Origin: Vulcanimicrobiota bacterium
Lineage (GTDB): Bacteria; Vulcanimicrobiota; Vulcanimicrobiia; Vulcanimicrobiales; Vulcanimicrobiaceae
Direction: 5' to 3'
Length of the DNA: 64,000 bases
NCBI GenBank assembly: GCA_963786105.1
Contig: CAWAXX010000013.1
Span: forward strand, 64,001-128,000
In this document: positions 30,303-40,388 of the stretch, one piece after another
Layout of the letters: each line of letters begins with the position of its first letter
Numbering within the stretch: the first letter of the stretch is position 1
Program-made: the position numbers and the translations under genes
The notes under the pieces: model-generated
What the model saw: the letters and a program-made list of their open reading frames with translations, nothing else
Databases searched by the model: none
What the model was told of the DNA's origin: nothing

Positions 30303-32846
30303 GTGGAAAACGAAGGGCGAGTAGCGACTCCTCCGGATTTCGGAACGCTCTTGCGGCGCTACCGGCTCGCCGCCGAACTCTCGCAAGAAGCGCTCGCCGA
30401 ACGCGCCCGCATGAGCACGAACGGCGTCGGTGCGCTCGAACGGGGGTATCGGCGCACGCCGCAACGCGAAACGCTCGCGCTTTTGGTGAGCGCGCTAGCG
30501 CTCAATGACGAACAACGCGTCGAGTTCGAAGCGGCCGCCGCGCCGTCGAGAGCGCTGCGCCGTGGAGACGGCGAAGCGGTCGCCGCGGGTCCTTGGTACG
30601 GTACCGGCGTCTCAAACCTGCCGCTCTGTCTGACGAGCTTCGTTGGGCGCGACGTAGAGCTCGACGAGGTCGCACGACTTGTCCGCGAGCATCGGCTCGT
30701 CACGCTCGCAGGCGCCGGAGGCATTGGAAAAACTCAGATGGCGTTGCAGGTTGGAGCCACGCTTACTGAAAGCGCCGAGATTTCCGTTAGCTTCGTCGCA
30801 CTCGCGCCCGTTGGCGATCCTGGATTAGTGGTTGCCGCGATCGCGTCGACGCTAGGCGTGCAAGAAGTGCCGAATCGGCCGCTGCTTGAGACGCTGACGA
30901 CATACCTCAGGAACAAGACGCTCCTGCTGATCCTCGACAACTGCGAGCACGTCGTTACGGAGGCAGCAATCGTCGTGGCCGCGCTATTGGTCGGCTGCCG
31001 GAGCCTTCGGATCCTCGTAACGAGCCGCGAACCGCTTCGAACCGCGGGCGAGCGCACCTACCGGTTGCCGCCTTTGAGCGTTCCGGCGCGGGAGGCGATT
31101 CGCCCGCTCAGCGCGGCGGAGGCGCTCTCATTCGGGGCGATCGTGCTTTTTAGGGATCGCGCGCGCGCCATCGACCATCGCTTCACGCTGACCGACGAGA
31201 ATGCGTCGGCCGTTGCAGAGATCTGCCGAAACTTAGACGGCATCCCGCTCGCGATTGAACTTTGCGCCGCACGAGTCAACACGTTTCCGATTCAAGTCAT
31301 TCTGAAGATGCTCGACCATCGCTTTAGCATTCTCACCGGAGGCGAACGCACCGCCCTGCCGCGTCAGCGAACGATGCGCGCGGCAATCGATTGGAGTTAC
31401 GATTTGCTCGCGGCACGCGAGCAGCGTATGTTCGACCGGCTCTCGGTGTTTGCCGGCGGATGTACGCTGGCAACCGCGAACGCCGTTTGCGCGAGCGACG
31501 ACGTTGCGGAGGCCGACGTCATAGAACTGCTCTCGTCGCTGGTGGACAAGTCGCTCTTGGTGGCCGATTTCGACGCCGGCGAGGCCCGCTATTCGCTTTT
31601 GGAGTCATTCCGGGAGTATGCACGCGAGAAGCTGGCGGCGCGGGGTGAAGCCGACGCTGTGGCACGCCGTCATGCTTTGGCGTGCCTGGAACTGGCCGAG
31701 CGACTCGAGCGCGCATGCGATACCGAACCGGACGTGATCTGGCGCGCGCTCGCTCAGGACGAGCTGGACAACTGGCGGGCGGCACTGCAATGGGCAGTCA
31801 CGGATCGGAACGATGTCGTCTCGGGGCAAGCACTCGTCGGGGCTCTGCACGTTGTTTGGGCATACTTCGCACCGCAGGAGGGTCAACGCTACGTTGCCTC
31901 GGCGTTCGAGCTGGCCGACGAAAAAACGCCAACACACGTGCTCGCGAGACTCGGGTACGCGGATGGGATCATCGCAATGCAGCATCGCGCGTACAAAGTA
32001 CAGCTTTCGAGCAGCGAGCGCGCCATCGAGCGCTTTCGCGCCGTGGGCGATCCGCTTGGCGTCGCCCGTACGCAGGATCTCGCTGGTCAGGCGCTCGTGT
32101 CTTTGGGGCGCGTCGTAGAGGCCAAAACGTTCTTACGACAAGCGCTAGCGTCCGCTCGTGCTTTGGGCAATCGCCGGCTTATCGCTTGCGTCCTACGCAA
32201 CCTTGGGTATGCCAGCTCCGTCGAAGGCGACTGCGACACGGCTCGCGACTACGTCGCCGAAGCCGTGCCGATTTATCAGGCCCTCGGTGCAGGTCTGGGC
32301 GCTGCATTAGCGCGCGACGACCTTGGCGAGTGTGAGTTTCGCGCGGGCAACGCCGAGCTGGCATTTCAACTTGCCTCGGGCGCGCTAGCTACCTTCCGAG
32401 CGGTCAACAATCAGCGCTTTGTCGCCTCCGTTCTCAGCAGCCTGGCAATGTATCTCATCGCGTTGGGCCGGTATGATGACGCCGAGGAGCGGGCATGCGA
32501 AGCACTAGCCCTTGCACGGGAGCAACAGCAAGACGTCCTCGTCGCCTGGACACTCCAACACCTCGGAGCGATCGCGGCCTTACGTCCTCAAATCTCCCAC
32601 GAAGGCGCGCTCAATGCATACACCCAAGCCGCGCGGATCTTGGGTTTCGTCGACGCTCGACTCCAAGCGATAGGATCGGCGAGAATGTACATCTACGAGC
32701 AGGGATACGATCGAGCCGTCGCCGGTCTGCGCGAGGCCATCGGCGCCGATGCGATGGCGAGCTTCATGGCCGAAGGTGCAACGATGACCGAGGAGCAAGC
32801 GGTCGAGGAGGCGTCGAAAAGACGATGCCTAGAACGATCCACGTAA
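30303..32846 (+). CDS. XRE-HTH + NB-ARC-like ATPase + TPR transcriptional regulator (STAND)
   Basis: N-terminal HTH; TSFVGR, Walker A GAGGIGKT, LLILDNCEH, TSREPL, LDGIPLAIEL, WSYDLL; C-terminal TPRs. Confidence 0.92.
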   Translation: MENEGRVATPPDFGTLLRRYRLAAELSQEALAERARMSTNGVGALERGYRRTPQRETLALLVSALALNDEQRVEFEAAAAPSRALRRGDGEAVAAGPWYGTGVSNLPLCLTSFVGRDVELDEVARLVREHRLVTLAGAGGIGKTQMALQVGATLTESAEISVSFVALAPVGDPGLVVAAIASTLGVQEVPNRPLLETLTTYLRNKTLLLILDNCEHVVTEAAIVVAALLVGCRSLRILVTSREPLRTAGERTYRLPPLSVPAREAIRPLSAAEALSFGAIVLFRDRARAIDHRFTLTDENASAVAEICRNLDGIPLAIELCAARVNTFPIQVILKMLDHRFSILTGGERTALPRQRTMRAAIDWSYDLLAAREQRMFDRLSVFAGGCTLATANAVCASDDVAEADVIELLSSLVDKSLLVADFDAGEARYSLLESFREYAREKLAARGEADAVARRHALACLELAERLERACDTEPDVIWRALAQDELDNWRAALQWAVTDRNDVVSGQALVGALHVVWAYFAPQEGQRYVASAFELADEKTPTHVLARLGYADGIIAMQHRAYKVQLSSSERAIERFRAVGDPLGVARTQDLAGQALVSLGRVVEAKTFLRQALASARALGNRRLIACVLRNLGYASSVEGDCDTARDYVAEAVPIYQALGAGLGAALARDDLGECEFRAGNAELAFQLASGALATFRAVNNQRFVASVLSSLAMYLIALGRYDDAEERACEALALAREQQQDVLVAWTLQHLGAIAALRPQISHEGALNAYTQAARILGFVDARLQAIGSARMYIYEQGYDRAVAGLREAIGADAMASFMAEGATMTEEQAVEEASKRRCLERST

Positions 32847-32937
32847 ATTCGCGCGCCCGCCGCTAGGTCAACATTTCGTTACGGCAGTACTACCGCTCCC
32901 GGTAAATTAAGAACCGACGGTATTTAAACACAAATGT

Positions 32938-32960
32938 TGGTAGCGCCAACAGGAGTCGAA
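32938..32960 (-). other. Isolated tRNA 3'-end fragment (att-like scar)
   Basis: Minus strand TTCGACTCCTGTTGGCGCTACCA has T-loop-to-CCA spacing of a tRNA; no 5' half. Confidence 0.6.
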
Positions 32961-33320
32961 TTTGATGCGGCGGCACGGGATAGATACCGTATTCCGTGCG
33001 ATGGTTGATCAGCGCCGTAACCCGCTCTTTGGTTCCATCGAGCCACTGCACTCGTTCCTCATCGCTCGCTTGTCGCCTTGGGAGATGAGTTAGATCCTCC
33101 GACGTCGGCTCTGGTGGCTCTCCTGCGAGGTGCTGCACCCCACGAGCGCCAATTGCCCGCAAGCGGGGCCGGGGCATTTGCCGCTGACCGAGCCGGACCG
33201 TGAGTGCGGTGATCTGTCCACTACACTCAACCGCAGATCCACTAACAACTAGCGCCTCATTCGTTCAAGTCGAAGCGCCGTCGGAAGCCTATAACCTGAC
33301 GATTAATCTAGGAGGTAAGC

Positions 33321-33787
33321 ATGAAGAGCATTGTCCTCCTAGGGACTCGCATGAGAGCTATCAGGCTGTTGAAATACGGCGGGCAATTGGTGTTTGACGA
33401 GATACCGGCGCCAACGATTGCGCGCGACGAGGTCTTGGTCAAGGTTAGAAGCACCACTGTCAATCACTTGGATCTCGTTGAAGCGTCCGGAACCTTAAAA
33501 GAGATACTTCCAATCGACCCGCCGTGGATAACAAGAAGAGGCCGCGGCGCACCGGGTGTCGGGCATGATTGATGAGGCTCGATCCATCGGGTGACATGCT
33601 CGGCAGAATCGGAGAACTGTTGGAGGGTGGGACGATACTACCAGACGTCGCGACGGTGTACGCGTTTCAAGATGTAGCCCACGCCTGGAAAGACATCGCA
33701 GAGAGCCTGCCACGAGTTCATGGGATATCATCGCCGGAAGCGGCAAGACACAAGTCACACGGCAAGATCGTGCTCCGTGTGGCCTAG
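33321..33787 (+). pseudogene. Internally deleted NADPH:quinone reductase / MDR-family oxidoreductase
   Basis: N-terminal MRAIRLLKYGG...EVLVKV...VNHLD and C-terminal HGKIVLRV in different frames; central Rossmann domain missing. Confidence 0.8.
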
Positions 33788-33802
33788 ACTGTGAGGACAG
33801 CT

Positions 33803-34657
33803 ATGACAAGCGATCGAACGATTCTCGTCACCGGAGTGACGGGCCACCAGGGCGGAGCTGTCGCTCAGGCGCTTCGAGGGACAGGGTTCCATCTACGCGG
33901 CCTGACGCGAACGCCGGACAGCGAGCGCGCGGCGGCATTAGCAGCCCAGGGCATCGAACTCGTCAAAGGCGATCTCGATGACGAGGCGACCTTACGCCAA
34001 GCGTTAGCCGGTGCATGGGGCGTCTTCAGCGTGCAGAGCGCACAAGAGGCGGGCCCTGCGCGAGAAGAAATTCAAGGCAAGCGTCTCGCGACGCTCGCCC
34101 GCGAAGCCGGTGTCAAACACTTTGTCTATACGTCCGTGGGATCGGCGGACAAGAAAACAGGCATCCCGCACTTCGACAGCAAGTGGCGCATCGAGGAAAC
34201 CGTGCGGGATCTCAGTTTCCCGTCGCATGTGATCCTGCGTCCGGTATTCTTTATGGAGAATCTGGTGGCGCCGTTCAGCCTACAGGGCTCCACGTTGGCC
34301 TTGGCGCTCAAGCCTACGACGATGGTGCAGATGATTGCGGTGGATGACATCGGCTGGTTCGGCGCGCGCGCGTTCTCCGACGCTTCCGCCTTGAACCGCC
34401 GCGAAATCGATCTCGCCGGTGACGATCGAACGGTGCCGGAGGCGGCAAAGATTTTGACGGAGGCGCTAGGGCGGACGATAACATTCGCGCAGACGCCAAT
34501 CGAACAGGTCCGACAGTACAGCACCGATACCGCCGTGATGCTGGAGTGGTTTGACCGCGTCGGTTACAGCGCCGACATCGCCGGACTGGAAAGCGAGTTC
34601 GGCCGGGCGCTCACGAAGCTGCCTGAATGGGCACGTCGCCACGCGCCGCCGGGCTAA
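33803..34657 (+). CDS. NmrA/HSCARG family protein
   Basis: ILVTGVTGHQGGAVA, GDLDD, PHFDSK, LRPVFFMEN. Confidence 0.92.
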   Translation: MTSDRTILVTGVTGHQGGAVAQALRGTGFHLRGLTRTPDSERAAALAAQGIELVKGDLDDEATLRQALAGAWGVFSVQSAQEAGPAREEIQGKRLATLAREAGVKHFVYTSVGSADKKTGIPHFDSKWRIEETVRDLSFPSHVILRPVFFMENLVAPFSLQGSTLALALKPTTMVQMIAVDDIGWFGARAFSDASALNRREIDLAGDDRTVPEAAKILTEALGRTITFAQTPIEQVRQYSTDTAVMLEWFDRVGYSADIAGLESEFGRALTKLPEWARRHAPPG

Positions 34658-34784
34658 TCGTCCGGCACGCGAACGTTCGCAATATCTTCGTCCGTGACGA
34701 AGAATCAGGCCTGCAATCCGCTGCGGAGTTTTCCGTGCGTCGATGCTGCGTAGCCCCCATAAGCCGATCGCCTGGAAGCGTCCG

Positions 34785-34821
34785 AAAAATAGAAGGACGC
34801 GGTCTTGAGACCGCGTCCTTT
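34785..34821 (-). terminator. Intrinsic terminator
   Basis: AAGGACGCGGTCT/AGACCGCGTCCTT perfect stem; T tract on minus strand. Confidence 0.85.
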
Positions 34822-34841
34822 GTGTTGCGTGAAGGCGTTTG

Positions 34842-35738
34842 TTAGGCAGGCGGCTTTTTGCCGGAATCCTGCTTTGAACCGTTCGCCGGCTTTGAAGCGT
34901 TCTGCGGCTTCGCGGCGTTCTGCGGGTTCGCGGCATTCTGCGGCTTGGCGGCATTCTGCGGCTTGGCGGCATTCTGCGGCTTCGCGGCGTTCTGCAGCTT
35001 CGCGGCGTTCTGCGGCTTCGCGGCGTAATGCGGCTTTACCGCATTCTCCGGCTTAACGACCGTCGTCGAGTTGTGAACGACGACGGGCCTGCCGTGGTTT
35101 ACGGTTTCGAGGTTGTTGCGATTCCTTGCAGCATTTTCGACGTGCAGCCGTTGCGCGGGGGTGATGGCGTAGTGTCGCTGGTTGGCGTACGCTAGTTGCC
35201 GCGCGTCGGGGTGCATGATCACGCCGCCGCGTCCACCGTTGTAGCTGACGTGGTTGACTCTGCGAACGATGACCGTTCTATCGACGTAGACGTTTCTGAT
35301 GACGTTGGGGTTCACCATCGATACGGCCGTGTTGTAGCGGAACATGTTGCCCTGCCAGTTACCGCCGTAATACCCGTTGCCGGAATAGCCGTAACCGTAG
35401 TTGATTCCGCCGTAGTAGCCAACTTGCTGGCCCCAATATCCTTGGTTGTAGTTGTATTGGTTTTGGTCTTGATTGTAGCCCCAGTATCCCGGGGTGTAGA
35501 GAAGGCCGGCCTGCGGAGGCTGCTGCCAACTCCCTTGAACCCAATAGTATCCGCTTTGACCCATGGCCCAATAGCCGGGTGTCCAGATGTAGTTTTGGTT
35601 AGAAAGCTGCGGCTGTTGGTACTGCGGCAGCAGTGGGGGTGCCATAAAGCTCACATACACTTGAGCGCTTGCTGTCGCCGGAACGCCGATGGCGGCTAGC
35701 GCGATCAAAAGTGGTAGCAGGAATCGAAAAATACGCAT
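34842..35738 (-). CDS. YXWGXW-repeat secreted protein with KPQNAA repeat tail
   Basis: Signal peptide, APPLLPQYQQP, YIWTPGYW, YYWVQGSW, GYYGGINYGYGY. Confidence 0.88.
   Translation of the reverse strand: MRIFRFLLPLLIALAAIGVPATASAQVYVSFMAPPLLPQYQQPQLSNQNYIWTPGYWAMGQSGYYWVQGSWQQPPQAGLLYTPGYWGYNQDQNQYNYNQGYWGQQVGYYGGINYGYGYSGNGYYGGNWQGNMFRYNTAVSMVNPNVIRNVYVDRTVIVRRVNHVSYNGGRGGVIMHPDARQLAYANQRHYAITPAQRLHVENAARNRNNLETVNHGRPVVVHNSTTVVKPENAVKPHYAAKPQNAAKLQNAAKPQNAAKPQNAAKPQNAANPQNAAKPQNASKPANGSKQDSGKKPPA
34897..35054. repeat. 18-bp tandem repeat, about 9 units, coding
   Basis: Unit GC(G/A)TTCTGCGGCTT(C/G)GCG encodes KPQNAA on minus strand. Confidence 0.95.
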
Positions 35739-35805
35739 TAATGCTCCTTTGGATGCACTAAGCGTACAGTTAAACGCGAGAAAAGAGCATAGCGGAAAGC
35801 ACGGT

Positions 35806-36849
35806 TTACGCCGGCGCCTCTTCCGAAGCGCTCTCCCACCCGAGCACGCGCGCGATAAGTTCGGTCCGATTTCGGCTCTCGGTCTTGTCGACCATGCTCT
35901 TTATGTGATCTTGAACGGTCGACGACGTGATGTGCAACTGCTCGCCGATTTCCTCGAGTTTCGCGCCGTCGAGCAGAAGCGCCAGCACTTGCAGCTCGCG
36001 TGGCGTGATGTGATAGCGCTCGGCGGGACCCGTGAGCGAATTCGGCGGATGATACCGATCGACGCGCACGCCGATAAAAAGCCCGGCCGGTCCTTGCATC
36101 GGCTGCGTGCGGACGACTAAGAACGGAACGGGGCGCGCGATACCCGATTCCTGCGTGACGGGGTCGCTGCTCCAGCCCGCGATGAGGGCGCGTACCGTTT
36201 CTTCGAGCACCGTGGGCAAACGATCGGCGAGGCGAGTGCGCAGTCCCGTCAGCGCGATGCGGCGCTGGTCCTCGGCCGACCATGCAAGGACGATTTGCAA
36301 ATCGTGGTCGAGAACGTAAAACGCTCCTGCCGAGTCTTCGGGGATCATGCCGGGCGCGTCGTCGCTGCGAACGGGCGCCTCGGGTCCCGGAAACCTCGCC
36401 TGCGGTGCGTTCAGGCGCAACGCGGAGAGCTGCTCCGACGCAGTATCGAGTGCGAGCGAGAGCATGCTGATTTCGCTCGAAGTAAAGGGCCCGAGCTCGT
36501 GCGTCCGCAGCAACGTGAGAATACCGAAGTTTGCGTGGGCATCGGCGAACAACAGGGTGACGCCGCTTTCAAAATCGCCGAGCGGACCCAGCGTCGCGGC
36601 TATGCGCGGACCCGTCTTGGACTTGGCTCGCTGGCGAGTGAATTCGTTTTTCAGTTGCGACCGCTCCTCGCGGTTCGTTCCGAGAAGCCGGCCAAGTTCG
36701 CCGTCGGCTTCCAAGCGGGCAAACGCCCATCGCGAGGCCGGAACCACGCGCAGGATCGCGGTGATGATCGGGAACGCGGGGTCAGACTCCGGAACGGAGT
36801 CGACCATGATCTTCGCCGCGCTGCTCGTGGTGCTATCGTCCTTTTTCAC
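35806..36849 (-). CDS. LuxR-family regulator with N-terminal GAF-like sensor
   Basis: C-terminal ITPRELQVLALLLDG...IGEQLHITSSTVQDHIKSM. Confidence 0.85.
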   Translation of the reverse strand: MKKDDSTTSSAAKIMVDSVPESDPAFPIITAILRVVPASRWAFARLEADGELGRLLGTNREERSQLKNEFTRQRAKSKTGPRIAATLGPLGDFESGVTLLFADAHANFGILTLLRTHELGPFTSSEISMLSLALDTASEQLSALRLNAPQARFPGPEAPVRSDDAPGMIPEDSAGAFYVLDHDLQIVLAWSAEDQRRIALTGLRTRLADRLPTVLEETVRALIAGWSSDPVTQESGIARPVPFLVVRTQPMQGPAGLFIGVRVDRYHPPNSLTGPAERYHITPRELQVLALLLDGAKLEEIGEQLHITSSTVQDHIKSMVDKTESRNRTELIARVLGWESASEEAPA

Positions 36850-36988
36850 GATGTTCGTGCCGTCAGCTCGATGTTATGCTTGGAGGCGCTCCCCATCCGA
36901 CGGTATATCTTAGGCATTCTTTTTCGGGCGAGGAGCCTCCGCTCGTCCGCCGTTCGGCGAGTCGTTCACCGCTGAAAGCGTTAATCTC

Positions 36989-37378
36989 ATGGCCCGAATC
37001 TGCTGCTTAGGCGCCGTCGATCTCGAGGGAGTCGCACTTCTCAGTGCCGCGCTCGGGCGCGCGGGAGAGGAGGCGTTAGCGTTGCTAGGCGGCCTCAACG
37101 TGCCCGAACTAGCGAAGCTGGCGCCCGATATTTTGATCGTCGATCTCGACCGCCTCGACGTCGACCCGCTCGAGATGCTGCGCCGTCTGCGTTTCGTACT
37201 GCCCGGCTGCATCATCATCGTTTATACCGCGATATTGGAATGCAATTGGGCTCGCGACTGCCATCTCGCGGGCGCAAATGGCCTTCTTTCCAAAGCGTCG
37301 GGCGAAGCGGAACTGGTATTGGGGCTCGTTCGGGCGATACGAAACGGGTGCTGGACCGATCCGAGGCTTGTCGCCTAG
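36989..37378 (+). CDS. Atypical single-domain response regulator receiver
   Basis: PDILIVD, IIVYT, AGANGLLSK; N-terminal acidic pair not evident. Confidence 0.7.
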   Translation: MARICCLGAVDLEGVALLSAALGRAGEEALALLGGLNVPELAKLAPDILIVDLDRLDVDPLEMLRRLRFVLPGCIIIVYTAILECNWARDCHLAGANGLLSKASGEAELVLGLVRAIRNGCWTDPRLVA

Positions 37379-37392
37379 CTATCTACTTCGTT

Positions 37393-38286
37393 CTACACCG
37401 GCTGGATCGCACTGCTAGGGGCGACGGTTCCGGCTATTGCATTCTCGAATATCTCGGCGCTGTCTAGTAGGCGTGGGCCCGGGCGGTTCACGTAGGCGTT
37501 CCCGTCCATCGCATAGGCTCTTCCGGATCTAACCGCCCGGAGCGCTACCCATGCGGGATGATCGATCGCGCACGCCGCGTCTAAGGAATGAGCGAGGTCG
37601 TAGCCGCAGGGTACGACGATCGCGACGTCCGGATCGGCATTGGCAATTGCGTCCCAAGACAACGTCTGCGAGTTTACACCTGGGTTCGCGAGGATGGGTT
37701 CGCCGCCGGCCAAATCAACCAGACCGGGCGTCCAATGGCCGCCGCTCATCGGGGGGTCTGTCCATTCGAGCACGAGCGTACGAGGTCGCTCCCGGCCGGC
37801 ATTACGCGAACGCAGCGCCGCCTCGCGAGCGCGCAGCGTCGCAAGCAATTTCTGAGCGCCCGCTTGCGCACCGACTAACTCACCGATCCAGACGATATTC
37901 GCGTAGACGTCGTCGAGTGAGGATGGCTCGAGCGAAACGATACGCCGATCGCCGCGCAAGCGCTTTGCGGCTTTCGCCACGATCTCGTACGACACTGCGC
38001 AGACCGCGCACAACTCTTGAGTGACGATTAGGTCGGGCTTTAGCGCGGCTAGTAACTGTTCGTCAAGAGCGTAGAGGCTGGAACCGGCGTGGACATTCGC
38101 ACGGACGTGACGATCGATCTGCGCCGGCGTCACGGCATCGGTAGGGAGAAGTGAAGACGTAAGTTTGGGCAGACCACGCGCCGCAGTAGGGAAGTCGCAT
38201 TCGTGGGTGACGCCGACAAGCTGATCGCCTGCTCCTATTGCAAACAGGATCTCCGTCGAACTGGGCAACAAGCTGACGACACGCAT
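37393..38286 (-). CDS. BtuF-like cobalamin/Fe-siderophore substrate-binding family protein (no signal peptide)
   Basis: RVVSLLPSSTEIL, GVTHECDFP, TQELCAVCAV, EWTDPP, NRPGPRL. Confidence 0.85.
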   Translation of the reverse strand: MRVVSLLPSSTEILFAIGAGDQLVGVTHECDFPTAARGLPKLTSSLLPTDAVTPAQIDRHVRANVHAGSSLYALDEQLLAALKPDLIVTQELCAVCAVSYEIVAKAAKRLRGDRRIVSLEPSSLDDVYANIVWIGELVGAQAGAQKLLATLRAREAALRSRNAGRERPRTLVLEWTDPPMSGGHWTPGLVDLAGGEPILANPGVNSQTLSWDAIANADPDVAIVVPCGYDLAHSLDAACAIDHPAWVALRAVRSGRAYAMDGNAYVNRPGPRLLDSAEIFENAIAGTVAPSSAIQPV

Positions 38287-38347
38287 CGCAGATGTCTGCG
38301 CGCAGCGGGAAGCGATCCCTGCAATCGCGTGGTTGACGTGATCGGCC

Positions 38348-39439
38348 CTACAATGCGTTCAGTTTCAGGCGGCCGATCCGGTTGCCCGCGCCTTCGACGA
38401 ACCAGAGCGTGCCGCGTAGACCGGCCGTGATGCCGAGTGGGCCGCTGTCGGCGCTCAAGCCCTTGGAGAACTCGGTGACCTTGCCGGCGGTCGTAATGCG
38501 AGCGATCTTATTGGTGGCCGTTTCGGTGAACCACAGGTTTCCGTCTGGACCAACTGCGATGCCGTAGAGGTTATAGTTGCAACCGCATTTGCTTATGCCG
38601 GCCGAGAACTCGGTGATCGTACCGGTTCTTGTTATTGTGCCGATCTGATCGGGTCGGCCACTCTCGGTGAACCACACGTTGCCGTCTGGACCAGCCGTGA
38701 TGCCTTGCGGATAAGCCCCGCCGCTCAAGCCGGACGTGTAGATGGTCATCTTACCTTCAAGCGTGCTCCGGCCGATTGCGTTGCCGGCATTCGCCTCGGC
38801 GATCCACAGTTTGCCGCCCCAACCGAGCGCGATGTTTTGCGGGTTGCTGTTGTATGCAGTCGGAATTGAATACTGCTTGACGATCGTGCCGCCGGTCGTG
38901 ATCTTGCCGATCTTGATCCCGTACGGGGCTTCGCCGACTTCCGTGAACCACAGGGAATTCGTACCTGCCGTAATGCCGTTTGGGGAACTGTACGCACTCA
39001 ATCCGTTGGAGAACTCGGTGATTTTGCCGGCTGGCGTAATCCGGCCGATGCGGCCGGCACCTTCCGTGAACCACATATTGCCATCCGGACCCGCCGCAAT
39101 GTCGACCGGCGAACTGCCGGCGTGCGGCAACGCGAACTCAGTGATGGCGCCCCCGAACGTGATCCGGCCGACGCGATTGCCGGCAATTTCCGTGAACCAC
39201 ATGTTGCCATCCGGACCCAAAGCGATGTTAAAGGGCACGCTGCCGTCGTTCGGCAGGGCGAACTCGCGAATTGGTACGTGGCCCGTGCTGCGAGGCCTCA
39301 GCGCGAGGGCATCTGGTTGAGCCGGCGGATTGGCCGGGGTGAGACTCGATTGGCTTGCGCCGGAGCATCCGGAGAGCGAAATGCCGAAAAGCATAATAAC
39401 GGTAAGGGCGGCAATCGATGCGCCTTTTCGTGCCTGCAT
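38348..39439 (-). CDS. Virginiamycin B lyase (Vgb)-like beta-propeller lipoprotein
   Basis: Lipobox LSGC; about seven repeats PxxIxxGPDGNxWFTE...IGRIT. Confidence 0.88.
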   Translation of the reverse strand: MQARKGASIAALTVIMLFGISLSGCSGASQSSLTPANPPAQPDALALRPRSTGHVPIREFALPNDGSVPFNIALGPDGNMWFTEIAGNRVGRITFGGAITEFALPHAGSSPVDIAAGPDGNMWFTEGAGRIGRITPAGKITEFSNGLSAYSSPNGITAGTNSLWFTEVGEAPYGIKIGKITTGGTIVKQYSIPTAYNSNPQNIALGWGGKLWIAEANAGNAIGRSTLEGKMTIYTSGLSGGAYPQGITAGPDGNVWFTESGRPDQIGTITRTGTITEFSAGISKCGCNYNLYGIAVGPDGNLWFTETATNKIARITTAGKVTEFSKGLSADSGPLGITAGLRGTLWFVEGAGNRIGRLKLNAL

Positions 39440-39656
39440 GTTTCCTCCGCTTAAGCACAACGGCACCGAGCCCGTTTAAGGGTCCAGCGTGGAAAAACAC
39501 GATTGCCCTTCCACGAACCTGACCGGCACCTGGTTGGCTGCTTGCAGTGTAGCACCCGACGCCCGCACCAGCAAGCGTAGGGGGCACTATGAGGCGTGCT
39601 TACCCGCAGGCGCGTCGCGGAACGCGGCCTGCGGGGGCGTCAGCCTTTGGAGTGCT

Positions 39657-40388
39657 TCAGGAAGTCGGGTTCTTCGAGAAGCTGATGAGCTTCATCTGAA
39701 CCGTATACTTGTTGACGGTTAGCTGTGGAACGAAGCTGAACTCCTCGTCGAGGTACACCGGCATCTGCAGCTTGGGATCGAAAAGCAGATTTGCCTTTTG
39801 GTTGACTTTAATGTACCGGCCGCCGGTCTGTTTCATGGAGCCGGTCGAATGAATAACGTTGACCTGATGGGTATGGTTATCGCTGGGGGCCGTCCCCTTT
39901 CCGGTCAGCGTGTACGCACAATTCCACGTGTAGACTTGACCCGCAAACCCGGAGGTGGCACTCGGGACGAACGTCGCGCGGACGTCGTATTTCTGCTCCC
40001 AAGTTGACTCTGCTCCCGCGGACAACGCGCTAAAGTAGTGTCGTCCAAGAAGCGGAACGACGGCGATTTGAATGGGGGACATCGCATAGGGGGGTTGCGC
40101 GCACGTGACGCCGCCGCTGGGGTGGACCTCACACGTGTAGGTTTGGCGCGGCCGTACAGTATTCCACCAATCGTCGGTAGCCTTCACGGTCAGCCCGCCG
40201 TCGGGCGCCAATCCCTCGATGTCTATGGTGGTCGTGCCGGTGCCGTTTCCGGCTTCCTTCGCTGGAGTGTTATAACCAAATCGGTAGACGAGGTGGCGGA
40301 TCGCTGGAAGCCCGGCTTGCTGTGCCGGCGCCGGTGACGCCGCCAGCGCGACGGCGGCGATGAACGCGGCTGCTAGTAACCTCTTCAT
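39657..40388 (-). CDS. Secreted hypothetical protein
   Basis: SD AAAGG, signal peptide MKRLLAAAFIAAVALAASPAPA. Confidence 0.8.
   Translation of the reverse strand: MKRLLAAAFIAAVALAASPAPAQQAGLPAIRHLVYRFGYNTPAKEAGNGTGTTTIDIEGLAPDGGLTVKATDDWWNTVRPRQTYTCEVHPSGGVTCAQPPYAMSPIQIAVVPLLGRHYFSALSAGAESTWEQKYDVRATFVPSATSGFAGQVYTWNCAYTLTGKGTAPSDNHTHQVNVIHSTGSMKQTGGRYIKVNQKANLLFDPKLQMPVYLDEEFSFVPQLTVNKYTVQMKLISFSKNPTS

Noticed and set aside
34897..35054. Possible CRISPR array
   Set aside because: Contiguous 18-bp units without spacers, in frame within a CDS; no cas genes
37393..38347. Cobalamin riboswitch before BtuF-like gene
   Set aside because: Only about 60 nt upstream and no B12-box consensus
39365..39375. 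11-nt match to tRNA-Asn 3' end (attR candidate)
   Set aside because: Short, inside a lipoprotein signal-coding region, expected by chance
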